A stretch of DNA of 64,000 bases from Narcine bancroftii (Eukaryota): assembly GCF_036971445.1 (NCBI RefSeq), contig NC_091470.1:145390001-145454000 (forward strand), given 5' to 3'. The notes below the pieces were generated by a model that was not told the origin of the DNA, searched no databases, and saw only the letters and a list, made by a program, of their open reading frames with translations. Below, one piece after another: positions 1 to 12,432 of the stretch; positions within the stretch are counted from its first letter, which is position 1, and each line of letters begins with the position of its first letter. A program made the position numbers and the translations under genes.

Positions 1-614
1 GGAGAGCATCTTGGAATATTAATAATATCTTTAAGTGTTTAAGATATTTAAATTCTGCCATCAAGTTGTGTTTTACCTGTTGCTTTCCAAACCGATACAC
101 ACCCTTTGGGACACTGTAGTACACTGCATGAGTCCACAGTGGTGCATGGTTTGCCTTGTAGAGATGGAGGTAGCTTCAGACAAAGTCAGAGGGATGTCAT
201 ACACCCCTGGATTGCATGTGAGTCAGACAATCCAGCCCATTCCAAAAGCAGTTCCACACCATGACTCAATCCGCAGTATCACAATTTCGGCAGGGTGGGG
301 TGCAGGGGTCAGGCTGCAAGGCAGGGTGACGAGAAAATATTGATGCAGACTAGATCTCGCCTGCTGCTCTTAAATTGTGCATGGTAATCGTTCACTTATC
401 TGAAAGGCAATGCTGCTGACTGGTAGAAATCCTTTGGAGCACCAACATAGATATATTTTGTGCTCAAGGAATGGGAGGAACTTGTCCCACAACTTTTGCC
501 CCAGTCACTGGGCTATGCCCAGGACAGAATGCTCTGCCCAGCTGACATGGACATCGCAATGGTGCATTGACAGAAGAAGGGTGACCTTATGATTCTACCT
601 GGAGAATTTGGCTG

Positions 615-770
615 GAACAGTGCCAGCGACCCAGGTTCTGGCACTGTCTGTGGAGTTTGTACGGTCTCCCTGTGTCTGCTTGGGTTTCCTCCGGGTCCCA
701 CCATCATTAATTAATTGGGTGGAATTGGGCAGCATGGATTCATGGGCTGGAAACACCTGATGTATGTCTA
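615..770 (+). mobile_element. V-domain tRNA-derived SINE (HE1-like), degraded copy
   Basis: Contains the family core ccagcgacccaggttc...ctgtctgtggagtttgtacggtctccctgtgtctgcttgggtttcctccggg, seen in many copies across this window. Boundaries approximate. Confidence 0.75.
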
Positions 771-879
771 AATTTTTTAAAAATTGGTGTGTGGCTAAAT
801 GATAAATTTAGTCAATATACAAAAGTACTGGAGGAACTTAGCAGATCATGTTGCATCCATGAGAAGCAAAAGGCAATTA

Positions 880-1250
880 ATGTTTCACCTCTGACTGCCA
901 ACTCAACCCACAAGTTAACCTTGAGGAAATCCGACATGAGAACTCCCAAATCCCTTTGGATTTCTGCTTTCTGAATCCTCTCCCCATCACCTGTGCCTTA
1001 ATTTCTTCCACCAAAGTGCTCGACCCAACACCTCCCGATGCTGTGTTCTACCTGCTGGTTCTTTGCACATTCTCCCAACCTACCCAAGTCCCTCTGCAGT
1101 CTTCCTCCTTCCTCAACACCTCCTACCCTCTTTGTCTCAGCTGCAATCTTGGCCACAGAGGCATTGATTCTATCATCCAAATCATGAACATGCAACGTGA
1201 AAAGTAAGGGACCCAACACGGACCCCTGTGGAAGACCACTTCCCACTTGA
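880..1250 (-). mobile_element. CR1 LINE reverse-transcriptase fragment (decayed)
   Basis: ORF 998..1342 reads SGLPQGSVLGPLLFTLHVHDLD...KIAAETK...LQRDLGRLGECAK: the RT PQGSVLGP motif, a degenerate FADDTK and the CR1 LQxDLxxL motif. Confidence 0.85.
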
Positions 1251-1281
1251 TCTTGCAAAGAGTGGCCGTGCACATTGACAA

Positions 1282-1416
1282 AGATTTCCACTGCACCAAC
1301 ACTCAAATCCTGAATTAAATCTCTGAAGTCAGCGCTAGGCATCAGATTTCCACTGCACCAACACTCAAATCCTGAATTAAATCACTGAAGTCAGCGCTGG
1401 GCATCAGATTTCCACT
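1282..1416. repeat. 62-bp tandem repeat, about 2.2 copies
   Basis: Unit agatttccactgcaccaacactcaaatcctgaattaaatc... starts at 1282, 1344 and (partial) 1406. Confidence 0.9.
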
Positions 1417-1879
1417 TCACGAACGCCCCGGGACACGTCTTGGGAAGACGGATTGATTTCAGCCTGGCACTTTCAGGCCAGGAATTGGGACCTTGATTGA
1501 GTGACATTTTTTCCTGATGTCACAGACGTGACAAATTGGTTCAATTCTGTTGAGCGCTTTCAGCATTTAATCTTTTCAATGCACGGATTGGAGCTACAAA
1601 TTTCTTCGGAATAATTAGAAGAATTTTCAGTACCAGCAATTTGGAATTAAAAAATTGTTTATTAAAAATGCATTCATTCGTCATCTAGATGTGGTCAGTT
1701 CTTCAACCTCAGAAGATGAAAAAATAGTTTACAAATACATATATTAATTCTTCATGATCCACAAAGCTGAACACTTTCAACAAGAATGGCCGAATTCCAA
1801 CTATTTCTTTCAAATGTCATCTACCAGTTCAGTTCAAATTTAGTGAGAAATAATTTGTGTTAAAACTTTAATTTAAATT

Positions 1880-2110
1880 TTGGATACAATGCAGAAACAG
1901 GTCCTTTTGGCCCACAAACCACACTGCCCAAATACACCCATGTGAACAATTAACCAACTAACCCCATCCATCTTTGGAATATGTGAGAACCCAGAGGAAA
2001 CTTGTGAAGTTATGGACAGAACGTTCAAACTCCTGACAGTGGGGGACTCAACCCTGGGTCGCTGGTGCTGTTATAGTTGTGGGAATGACTGCATTTACCA
2101 TGCCACCCAA
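1880..2110 (-). mobile_element. V-domain SINE copy
   Basis: Reverse-complement match to the SINE at 615, 41455 and 47655. Confidence 0.7.
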
Positions 2111-2489
2111 AATGTTTGGTTTCCAATCTGTCCTGAATTTATACAAATTTCTGGGTTTTGAAGACCATCATTAGGCATGTAATAATTTGGATTTCATGGT
2201 CTGGTCAGACTTTATTGCCCATCTTCAATTGCTTTTGAATGCTGGACAACATTAGAGTCAACTTCATTGCCGGAGGCAGGTCCTGGGTCTCCACAGCGAC
2301 ACTGTCATTCCTCTCTGAGGCAGCACCCATCTGACCCCCTGCCCCACTTTCCCCCTCCTGCTGTACTTCACATTACCGCCTTGCAACGAATCAACCAGCT
2401 TGCCTCAGGGATCTGAGTTTGGTCATTGATAGCAAGGATGGTGCCAGGACTTGAATAGCTGAGTTAAAGAAAAAGGTTGAAGAGGTTCG

Positions 2490-2860
2490 GACTTTATTCC
2501 CTGGAGCGTTGGAAGAATAAGGGGAGATTTGATAGACATATACAAAATTATGAGAGGGTATATCAGGTAAATGTAAACAGACATTTTCTACTGAAGTTGG
2601 GTGAGAGAAGAACACAAGGATGTGGGTGAAGGGAGAAAGGGAAATGTTTAAGGGAACATTAACAATAACATCTTCAGAGGGCGGTGACAATGTGGAACAA
2701 GCCTCCAGCGGAAGTAGTTGATGCAGATTGGATTCAACATTTCAGAAAAATTTGGTTAAGTTCATGGTGGGGAGGTATCTGGAGCCTACGATCCGGGTGC
2801 AGGTTGATGAGACTAGGCATTAAAAACATTTCTCCACGGAGAAGATGAGCCAAAGAGCCT
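2490..2860 (+). mobile_element. CR1 LINE 3' fragment
   Basis: ggactttattccctggagcgttggaagaataaggggagatttgatagacatatacaaaattatgag matches the CR1 ORF2 C-terminus (GLxSLExRRxRGDLIxxYKIM) and is followed by 3' UTR. Confidence 0.8.
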
Positions 2861-3787
2861 GTGTCTGTGCTGGTGTTTGATGATTCGAGTAATTTGCACC
2901 TATATAATCTGTGGAATGCAACCATCTTCCACTCACAGGAGCGATCACTTTCCTTTCATTGGAAACATTGTTCCACTTAAGAGACTCAGCTACAAAATAG
3001 ATGGGAACTAAAACCAAAGTTCTGAATCTCCAATGTCCCTCCAATTCAATAAGTCACAGCATGTGATGGCTTGGGGCCATGCCACCCTTCCACAAGGAAG
3101 TTTCCTGAAAGCAGCCTAACTATCCACACCATCCCCCTGTCAAATCTCCCCTCGTCCTCAGTCCATCAGATTGCACCCACCACAAGAGAATGCTTCAGTC
3201 AGAGATGGCCTGTTTCCACTCCGTAAATGGTTATATGTTTATAAGAGGAACAGCAGGAATGGGATACAAAGGCACCTTCATCACTTTGGATGAAGAAAAT
3301 TGATTTTTAAATCTTCGTTTTCCTAAAAAAAAAACACACTTCATAGTAAGTTGTCAGATTAGCTTTATATCATTTTGTGAATTTTAGAAGAAAATTGACA
3401 TTCTCCTGAGAATGGCAGGGATTCTTCAGCTGCTCAAACTTGCTCTGTCACACAACACAAAAGATATATCAGTGGTGCAATGAGAAATGGTCTTGGCTTG
3501 TGGGAGGAATTATTTATTTGGCCTCTTAATACTGGATGTAGAAAAATGGAGACACACATAATACAGTAAATATGGTCCAGACACATTTCTTGTAAGGAGA
3601 TGGAAGATGAATCGATGGAATGTATTCAAGACACTTTGAATAGTTTGAGGAATTAACCAGGAAAAAGGATATTTTGATCTTTGTTTTGTGCAGACAGCAG
3701 GGGTTGATTTATATTCTTCCTGGGAAGGGGATGTTGGGGAGGGGTCAGTACATGGTTCAATGTGAAACTAGGGACATAAATCTGGAC

Positions 3788-4016
3788 CAGCTCTTCTCCC
3801 TTTTCTCCACTATGACCCCCTGAGGACTCTGCTCAGAGTTTATGGGGCCCCTTCCCCATAAAGCAGACAAGTTTTTGGTTTCTTCTGTACTTTCCAAATG
3901 ACCACATAAAAAGCATTAAAAAATATTTATGTTCCACAGGTGAAAAAAACTCAAGACTTTTACTTTAATTTGCTGTGGCCCCAGGGGGAGTGAGCAGCTC
4001 CTGTTGAGAATGGCTG
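3788..4016. mobile_element. hAT-Charlie-like MITE
   Basis: Imperfect TIRs (cagctcttctc... / ...gttgagaatggctg). The 8-bp flanks atctggac (3780-3787) and gtctagac (4017-4024) resemble the Charlie NTCTAGAN target. A related partial copy lies near 31005-31120. Confidence 0.6.
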
Positions 4017-4519
4017 GTCTAGACTGTGAAGGTATAAAGGACAAGTTGGCTGAGGTTGATGGGGAGAACAGATTGAAAGGCATAATGATCAGGTAATGGG
4101 TAACATTGAAAGAATGTAGGTTTTTAAAAAAAAAAATCTATATTTCTTCATGGCATAAAAATTCAACAGGAAAAATTATTTATCTGAGTTTGGGTGGTAA
4201 AATTAAATATGGAATTAAATCAGAATGCATCCAATAAAGTATCTGGGATCTAAAAAATGAACTATTTTTCTTTCAGTCTGACCTGATGTTTTCAGCAAAA
4301 TGTCCCATCCTCACTCATCCGACTTGCCTGTATTTAGCTCATCATCCCTCTACCCCATCCTGTCCATGAATCCATTAATTTTTTTTCCTTGATCATTGCA
4401 ATCGTACCTACCGAAACCATCTCCCCTGGCAGCCCATTCCCTACACCCACCACCCTTTGTGCAAAAAATGTATCCCCTCAGCTTCCTGTTAAAACTCTCC
4501 TCTTGTTTCCCTGGAATTG

Positions 4520-5465
4520 GGAAACAAGTCTTATGAGGCAAGGTTGGCAGAGCTGGGAGTGTAAAAGGATGAGAGGAGACTTGATAGAGGTCTACAAGAT
4601 TACGAGGGGCATCGGTAAGGTGGACAGCTGTATTGGAGGATTTAAACTATGCTTTTGCTTCTGCAAGGCTGAGAATCAGTAACCTGCTTTGAGACTCAGC
4701 AAACATAAGCTAAATTCGACCATGGGGCTGAGATACAGTTATCTGACAAAAAAGACATCTGTGTACCAAGAACGTTTAATCTTCCTGCTTGTTAGTATAT
4801 TGGTCACAGACTGTCAGACAGCGACCTAACCTTGAAGCAAAATAAACCATTGTATTCAAAGTGATAAGCTAGAAAGTTGTGTTATTCGATAGAAGCCTAG
4901 GCATGCTAGCTTGATCGCTCATCTTTCTTTTTGTGCTGGGAATAGGTGCTTGGGTAAGCAGTTTTTGGGTAATATCAGCCATGGTTCTGCTGCTGAAGTT
5001 TGAGGCTCTCTGAGAGGTGGCAACATCTCTCAGCAAGAAGAAGAACTTCTAGAGTCCAGCCGATGTCCCGGTTGGGGGAGGTGGAAAAGCTGCTACCAGC
5101 ACCCCGACAACCTACTACAAGTGTGTAGTCATTGCCTAGCCTCGGCAGTTGGGACCAGTCCAGGCGTTGATAAGTATAATTGAGAAGGGCTTGCATATTG
5201 TAGTTTGATATCAGCTTTAGAATTTGTAATAAAGATTTGTATAAACTGAAGTGCTCTTGGCGTGTGTGTCTATTTTCTTTTGGTAGCTCAAACACTGTGA
5301 CCAATCTAAAACGAACAAAGTGAGAGGTACAAGTTTACCCAGGACAACAGTCAGCACCTGTTTCCCAGGGCAGGATCAACAAACATCAAAAGACATGTGT
5401 ACCCAGAGAGTTGTGGGTGCCTGGAATGACTTGCCAGTGATGGTGGTGGAGGCTGAAACATTTTG
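4520..5465 (+). mobile_element. CR1 3' fragment interrupted by a solo LTR
   Basis: MRGDLIEVYKITRGIGKVDS stops at 4628 and resumes at 5352 (cagcacctgtttcccagggcagg), colinear with the uninterrupted CR1 at 9271-9300. Confidence 0.85.
4629..5346 (+). mobile_element. Solo LTR (718 bp) of an LTR retrotransposon or endogenous retrovirus
   Basis: TG...CA ends with imperfect inverted termini (tgtattggg / cccaggaca), 5-bp TSD ACAGC (4624-4628) / ACAGT (5347-5351), TATA-like tataat near 5177, and AATAAA at 5228-5233 followed by a GT-rich tract. Confidence 0.85.
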
Positions 5466-6229
5466 CTCGTGCAGACAGACCCTTTGGTCGTTCTGGGGAG
5501 TGTCCACAACCCATGGTGGCAGAAGTCCAAAGTTCCCCCCCAAACTACGCATCTTTACTTTTGCACTCAAATCCTCAGGAAATACTGGTTTCCAACTGGT
5601 ATTCAATCGGCATTGGAGAAAATGATGACCAGAATGACAAGAATGAGAGGAGGGAGTGATGGTGATACTTTCATTTTTATGGTGACTCAAGGCTGAACAG
5701 TCTCAAATTGTTGTAGCAATTTAATAATCAAATGCATTCATCTCATTTTACTTTGTGATACATTATACAAAGGATTTCTGAGCACTCAATAATGTAAGAA
5801 ATAATAACAGCCAATTACATTTTCAAGAATCAAATGTGCTTTCACAGTGATAAAAGCGTCCACTGTCGCATCAGCAAAGATGCAGAAGGTGACTGAATCC
5901 GATAACCAGTTGAGGACAGCACACTCTCTCCCCTTCAACCCCACGTGCACACACAATGCCAGCAGAGTCGTGGTTTGTGCTGACTGTGGCCTGAATTTGC
6001 AACTTTAACTTTCAGATAAATACTTGGCATTCCAAATTCCAATGAGTATTTCTCCATGGCTTTATTGTGTCCCAGGATTAAAAAAAAAATTCTTGGAATG
6101 TTAAATGTTAATCTCTGTCCCACATGGTCTCTTAAAGGTTTGGCAGTTCCAATGTGAACAACCACTCTTGAGAGTGTATTTCCTTTTGCTGGAAAAACTG
6201 AAATCTTGGTGGTGACGCGAGGAGTAAAA

Positions 6230-7050
6230 CGAAAGTCTGCAGATACTGTGGTTAAAGTGAAAACACAAGAAACTCAGCAGGTTATCCATATAACAATTAC
6301 AGTACGGAAACAGGCCATATCGGCCCTTCTAGTCTGCACCAATTTAAGTGAACTCCACTAATTCCACCTACCTGCTCCCTGCCCATATCCCTCCAACCCC
6401 CTCACACCCATGTACTCATCCAACCTCCTCTTAACTGACAAAATTGACCCTGCTGCAACCACCTCTTCCGGAAGGTCATTCCACTCAGCCACCACTCTGA
6501 GTGAAGAAGCTTCCTCTTATGTTACTTCTAAAGTTTTGCCCCCTAACCCTCAACTTATGATCCCTCGTTCCAATCTCTCCTACCCTCAAGGGGAAGAGCT
6601 AATTCACATCTACCCTATCTATTCCCCTCTTAATTTTATAGACCTGCATCAAATCCCCCCTCAACCTTCTACGCTCCGATGAATAAAGACCCGGTCTACT
6701 CAATATTTCTCCATATTCTATACTGCAATCCAAGCAGAAAATCTTCTCTGCACCTTCTCTACCTTATTGATATCCTTCCTATAATTTGGAAACCAGAACT
6801 GCACACAATATTCCAAACTTGGCCTCACCAATGCCTTGAACAGACTCAACATCACCTCCCAGCTCCTGTATTTTGAACAGGACTTTACGTTGCAAAGAAA
6901 AAGATCGATCTCTAATATTTCAGATTTGAGCCCTTCATCAAATTTTCTTACCCTGGATAAAGAGCTTTAGCCCAAAATGTTGGTTTTGTATCTTTATCTT
7001 TGCTATATAACGTTTGACCTGCTGAGTTTCTCCAGCGTTGTGTTTTTACT
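6230..7050. mobile_element. Palindromic Penelope-like-element (PLE) terminal-repeat derivative
   Basis: Minus-strand arm (6230-6285 plus 6876-6942, ending gagcccttcatcaa) is followed by a plus-strand arm (~6951-7050, ...gacctgctgagtttctccagc). Confidence 0.6.
6290..6875 (-). mobile_element. CR1 LINE 3' fragment inserted in a Penelope-derived element
   Basis: Reverse complement encodes the CR1 C-terminus ([22 protein letters not shown]; RRLRGDLMQVYKI) plus 3' UTR. The flanks at 6230-6285 and 6876 onward are colinear parts of one PLE terminal repeat. Confidence 0.8.
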
Positions 7051-7289
7051 CAATGGTCAGGTTAACCTGCACTTCCAAAGAAAAATTTCATTGAATTTTG
7101 TCCTGGATGTTACAAAAATACCAGCTGATTGTGTGGTGATTTGCCTCACCTATTCCATCAGCACCTCTTGAACCTGCAGGCGCTGCCATCAAGTTAGTGA
7201 CCATCACCCACTTCAAGGGAACACCACCACCTACTGCTTCCCCAAGGGCTGCACATAATCCGAACGAGAAACTCTGAGGCCGACCTGGG

Positions 7290-7830
7290 CCCCAAATCTA
7301 CATCGGAGAGACTGCATGTGGACTGGGAGATCGCTTCACTGAGTCCCCTCGCTCTGTCTGCATCAATGACAGCGATCTCCCAGTGGTCAACCATTTTAAT
7401 TCTGCGCCCCGCTCCAACAGGTCTGTCCATGGCCTCATGCACTATCAAACCAAGGCCACCTGTAAATTGGAGGACTCCCATCTAATACGCTGCCCAGGCA
7501 CTCTGCAACCGAATAGGATTAACATCAGCTTCTCCAGCTCCCCGTTCTCCCTTCCTGTCTCTTTTCCTCCAGCTCTCCATCCCCTTCTCTCTCCATTCAC
7601 AGAGCCACCCTCCTCCCTTCCTATGCTAATCCACTTAATATCTCCTGCCTGTGGGACCATGCTCCTCTCCCTGCCCTTCCTCCTCCCACCACCATTTCGT
7701 TTGGGTGCCTGCCTACATTTTGGTCGTACCTTGATGAAGGGCTCAAGTCTGAAGTGTTAGTTATCTTTGCTGTACTGTATAAAGTCTGCCATTTGACCAG
7801 CTGAGTTTCTTCTGCATTCTGCAAATCTGA
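7290..7830 (+). mobile_element. Penelope-like element 3' fragment with GIY-YIG endonuclease remnant
   Basis: YIGET...LGDRF...PVVNHFNS...VHGLMH...CKLEDSHLI...GTLQPNRINISFS (partly ORF 7383..7760), then a pyrimidine-rich spacer and terminal repeat (ttgatgaagggctcaag). Confidence 0.85.
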
Positions 7831-8055
7831 GTCTTCCAGTTTTAGATTTCCCCTACTCTGGGGGAAAAAAAAATAGAAATATTAACTGTATCCAAACCCA
7901 TCATGATTTTATAAACCTTGGAAAAAATTCCCTCTTCAGCTTCCGACAATTCCAGGAAGTTCCAGCCTCTCCCAATTCACGTCCACTTGTCCCGTCAGCT
8001 TCTCTGAACCCTTTCCAGCTCGGTGCCCAGTACATAAAGTGCAGCAATATTCGGT

Positions 8056-8082
8056 GGGGGGGGGGGGGGGGGGGGGGGGGGG
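8056..8082 (+). repeat. poly-G run (27 nt)
   Basis: Seen directly in the sequence. Confidence 0.9.
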
Positions 8083-8156
8083 TGGGAAGGAGAAAACAAA
8101 TCCTTGGCCGCGGTCCTTGAGCAGGCATGAGAGCATCAGCCAGCAGTTGCACTCAC

Positions 8157-8182
8157 CTCTGCGCAGTCGGTTCCTCCGCCAT
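8157..8182 (-). CDS. Candidate coding part of an alternative first exon (MAEEPTAQ, phase 2) of an unidentified minus-strand gene
   Basis: Minus strand reads cagtcATGGCGGAGGAACCGACTGCGCAGAG|GTGAGT: good Kozak context (G at -3 and +4) and a consensus donor, in repeat-free, locally CpG-containing sequence. No homology recognised. Confidence 0.45.
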
Positions 8183-9054
8183 GACTGGAAGCGATTGGCA
8201 GGAGGCGAGAACAACAAACAGCCAAAACTCCAGCAAACAAGGGTCTGAAACCACTGCCCCACTTCCCTCCTCCCATTTACAATGGACAACTCCATTTAAC
8301 ATGCAATAAAAATCCAATACTGTCAGTAGTTGGTGAAAGAAGCCGGAACCAAAAGGAAAGCCTTCAACTCTTTCTCATCGAAGAACTCCGTCTTTCAGTC
8401 TCTCACTGGCTGCGACTGGATTTCATTTCACAAGCTCAGATGTGGAACTTGACGGAAGGAGTTGGTGAAAAGTCTTGAGAGGGAGAGTGCAGCATTTCTG
8501 CGGCAGTATACTTGCTGACTGCTTCTGACCATTGGACCACAACCAGCTAAGACACTGCCAGAGAAACACCCACAGGTATGTGCCATGTCCGTGCTCTTCC
8601 TTCCATCCGCTCAGAGGCAGCCCAGGATCCAAGCCGCCAAGTGTCAGCCGTGCAGAGATCCCACTCTGGGACAAACCAGCAGAAGAGTGGATCACAGAAC
8701 AGTGTCATCCTATGAGGCCTTAGTGGTTTCAACAGGTGCACATCTTCCTGGAGGAAACATCAGCAAAAACTTACAAAGCCTCCTTTGTAATGTAATCCCA
8801 TTGACTAAGGGCATTTCAGGCACACAAGTTTCAGTTCACATTGGAGCAGAAGTAAGCCAACTGGCCCATCAAGCCTGCTTGATGAGCTGATCCATCCTCC
8901 CACTTAACCCAACACTTGATGCCCTGACAATCAAACACCTGTCAATCTCTGGCTCAAATACATCCAATGACCTCACTTCTCCACCCGCCTGTGGCAACAA
9001 GTCCCAGTCTCATGACCTTCTGGCTGAAGAAATTTCTCCGCATCTCCATTTTTA

Positions 9055-9605
9055 ATTAATGCACTTTAATGCTCAGTTCTGGTCACCTCATTACAGGAAG
9101 GATGTGGAAGCTATGAAGAGGGTGCAAAGGAGATTTAACAGGATGTTACCTGGATTGGGAAACAAGTTTCATAAGGCAAGGACAGCAGAGTTGGGACATT
9201 TCACTTTGGAACCTAGAAGGATGAGAGGAGACTTGATAAAGGTCTACAAGATTATGAGAGGCAGAGACAGGGTGGACAGCCAGCACCTGTTTCCCAAGGC
9301 AGGATCAGCAAACACCAGATGACATGTCCACAAAGTTAAGGGAGGGAAGTTTAGGAGAGACATCAGGTGTTTTTTTAAAAATATTCACAGCAAGTTGTGG
9401 GTGCCTGGAATGCCTTGCCTGGGATGGTGGTGAAGGCTAATACATTGGGAGCATTGAAGAAACTCTTGAGACAGATACATGGATGAAAGAAAAATAGAGG
9501 GTTATGGAGTAGGGAGGGTTTAATACTCTTTTTGCTTTAGGAAGGAATCTATGGCTCAGCACAACAATGAGGGCCGAAGGGCCTGAACTGTGCTATATTG
9601 TTCTA
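9055..9605 (+). mobile_element. CR1 LINE 3' end, flanked by opposite-strand CR1 fragments (~8840-9055, ~9610-9900)
   Basis: ORF 9059..9322 QFWSPHYRKDVEAMKRVQRRFNRMLPGL...RRMRGDLIKVYKIMRG, then 3' UTR ending gggccgaagggcctgaactgtgctatattgttcta. Confidence 0.9.
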
Positions 9606-9937
9606 AATGCAGCCATTTTATCTGCTTCCACCACCCCCCTGCAGCCTGTCACAGGAACTCACCACTTTGTGTGAAACAAAATGCCCCTTAAATTCATGTC
9701 CTCAAGTGTGATGCTTTCAACCTGGGGAAAGACTCTGACTGTCCACCCTGTTAATGCCGCTCTTCACTTTCTAAACTTCTTTCACCCTCTTGACACTCCA
9801 GAGAAAACAACCCTCCTTTTCCCCATAGCTCGTACCCCTCTGAACCAGGCTGCATCCTGGTGAACTTCTGTACCCTTTCTAAAGCACCCTCCTCCTAATA
9901 ACCGTAGAGCACACCAGCTCAGTTACAGGTCCATCGA

Positions 9938-10301
9938 CAGTCGAATTTGGAAAATCCCGACAGCTTGGAGATTGGGTCGGTCCAGATTCTCAGGGAGCAT
10001 TTTCAAAATTCAAATTTAAGGAGGAATAAAGAGATGAGCAGGTAAATTTTGATAGTTTATTCATTTGCAAATACAGCATGGTTGATTTATCAAAACAAGT
10101 GTATTGCTTGAAATTATGTTTAAAAATGAACACCGGAAAAGAAAAATACAGCTACTAATGAATTTCTTTGTGAGAAGATTTTGTTAAGACTTTGTGGTTA
10201 CTTTTTGCCTCTGTGCATTTGTGGTGCTTATGCATGCACGCAAAATTTAAATACTCAGAGTCCGGATTCTCGGGTGGTCTAGATTTCAGGTCTTTGGCTG
10301 T
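9938..10301. mobile_element. Tc1/pogo-like MITE (related inverted copy at ~16835-17147)
   Basis: attgggtcggtccagattctc (9971) is the near reverse complement of aaaatctggtctgacccaat (17093). Both copies have an AT-rich interior and CAGT/CTG-type ends. Superfamily assignment is tentative. Confidence 0.45.
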
Positions 10302-11289
10302 CGTGCATGCTGAAGTATAATTCTACAACGCTCCATTGACCTGTACCTGGATCACAGCCCCCCATACCCCTCCCATCCACATACCTGTCCAAATGTTTCT
10401 TAAATGTCAAAATTGAGCCTGCAAACCACTTCAGTCGACAGGGCTGCCAATACAACACATCAACTGGGCTCATGGACGGAGAACTACTCTCTGTTCTTGT
10501 TGGAATGGTTCCATCGTCTGTGTCAGCTTCGCTGCAGAAGATTAACAGCCAGGGTACTCTCACTGCTTAATGGACTGGGAAAGAGCCAGAAGGTCAGGGT
10601 CTTCCCAAGAGTTTGGCCCAGGTGCTTGTTTATCTGTCGAGGACAGCAAAGGGTGTACAAAATATCTAAAGACTTCACTGTTGACATCCGCTGACAAAAT
10701 TGCATTTTTGGAATTGGTTCTTTACAAACCGATTAATTCCTGAATTTAGTCATCAATTCTCCAGGGCGGGGGGTGGGGAGTAAAAATGCATTTTCCAGTC
10801 AAACATTCCCAGATGAACTTCATGACCAAACTTGTTCTCCTTCTCCCAGCTTCTGGACAGAGGCAGCATGACTAAGATCACCAGGGTGGTGTTTCTTTGC
10901 AATTACAAAGCTTCTTCCTCATCAATTTTTGCCTTTTTTATTGTTTTATTTTAAAAATATCCTCAGACGAGCAAACGCCAATTGATCAAGCTTTTCTCAC
11001 TGCTGCAGAACCCACAAATATTTCACAGCCAACAACATAACATGAAATAGCTTAAAAAAAATACATTTGATATGCACACAGACCCAATGATTGATTTACT
11101 GGAGACTTATAAATTTGATTAAGTCAATAAGGATAAAAGTGCACAGAAAAATATTCAGTCCCGACACTAAAATATTTGGAAAGCATATTTTTGATACATG
11201 GGTGCAACATAATGTGAATTACAGAGGAACAAAAATTGTCTACCTGTCTGGTTGAATAAGTCTCCAACAGCTGCCAGTTGCAGAGTTAC

Positions 11290-11401
11290 CTTCTGGAGCT
11301 CCAGAGTATGGCTCGTTTCTTCAGGGAATCAGAGCTCTGGTGTGTCTCTCCTGGTTTATTTGCACAAGGGGCTCCATTCTCAGAACTGCTGAACATGTCA
11401 C
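11290..11401 (-). CDS. Candidate internal exon (112 nt; phase 1 in, phase 2 out): (G)DMFSSSENGAPCANKPGETHQSSDSLKKRAILWSSR
   Basis: Acceptor ttcagtttgtcag|GTGACATG, donor AAG|GTAACT, open frame throughout, repeat-free sequence. No homology recognised. Confidence 0.35.
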
Positions 11402-12432
11402 CTGACAAACTGAATGGCAGTTCTGGTCTTGATAACAGCCACACCTACAGCCTGCATCAGAACCATCTTTCAATCTGGTCTTAGAATTTACACTCCAACT
11501 TCAGAGTGCCTGGATGGACAAAAATCGACACTGGGGTTCATATTCTAGGAAAAAAAGTGGGAGGAAATGAAGCAAGTGATAACACGGAGCAAGTCACAGC
11601 CAGGAGACCGTCCTTAATTTTAATTGGCAATGTTCCAGTTAATCCTCCTCTAAATTCCCTTCACTCTCAGCTGAGCTGTGGCAGGTACAAATATTATAAG
11701 AATGTAAACCAGTTGGACACGTAGTTCGCCCAACAAGAATAACTCAGTCCTGCACTGGTCACATTCCTGTCTCTTCCAGGAGTTGGCAATCCTTTCATAT
11801 GTGGTTACTTTGGAGAGCTGCTGGTCTCCTTCTGCTGCACGGGGAGATGGGAGGAGACGGAGGAAGACAGCACTGCGAGACAGGCAGAGAACAAGTGCAA
11901 AGGTCACAATCTCAATCGCATTCCCTTGGGCACTTATTAACCTGTACGTAATTACAATACGCCTTCTCAGCATCCTGGTCTGAAACCAGTCTCTGTTAAA
12001 AATAAAAATCACCAGTGTGGATTGTGTACCAACACAAGAACAATTAGGTGAACACAACAAAAACTGCCCTTCTGTTCAACCTGCAATGTTCCAATTAGTC
12101 TGGCGCTGCCTGCCTGAACTCTCAATGGACCCATAGTAGGTACAAATATTAGAAGCACGCAAACTGGTCAGGCAAGTGGTTACTTACACAAGGAAGGGTG
12201 ACTTAAGTGGCAATCACTGCTGCACAGGACACATTCCTGACTCCTTCAGCAATCCAGGATCAGTTAAGACTGCTGACAAAGCACTGTGGGATTCAGCTCG
12301 ATCACCCATCGGCACTCTCACAGCCTGTGCCACAGGGCAACCTGCTGTAACTGGGCTTCTGAGGCAAAATAAGGCCAAAGGCACTGGAAGGAAGCTGGAT
12401 GGAAGGCAGAGGCTTTCACAGCGGATGAGCTG

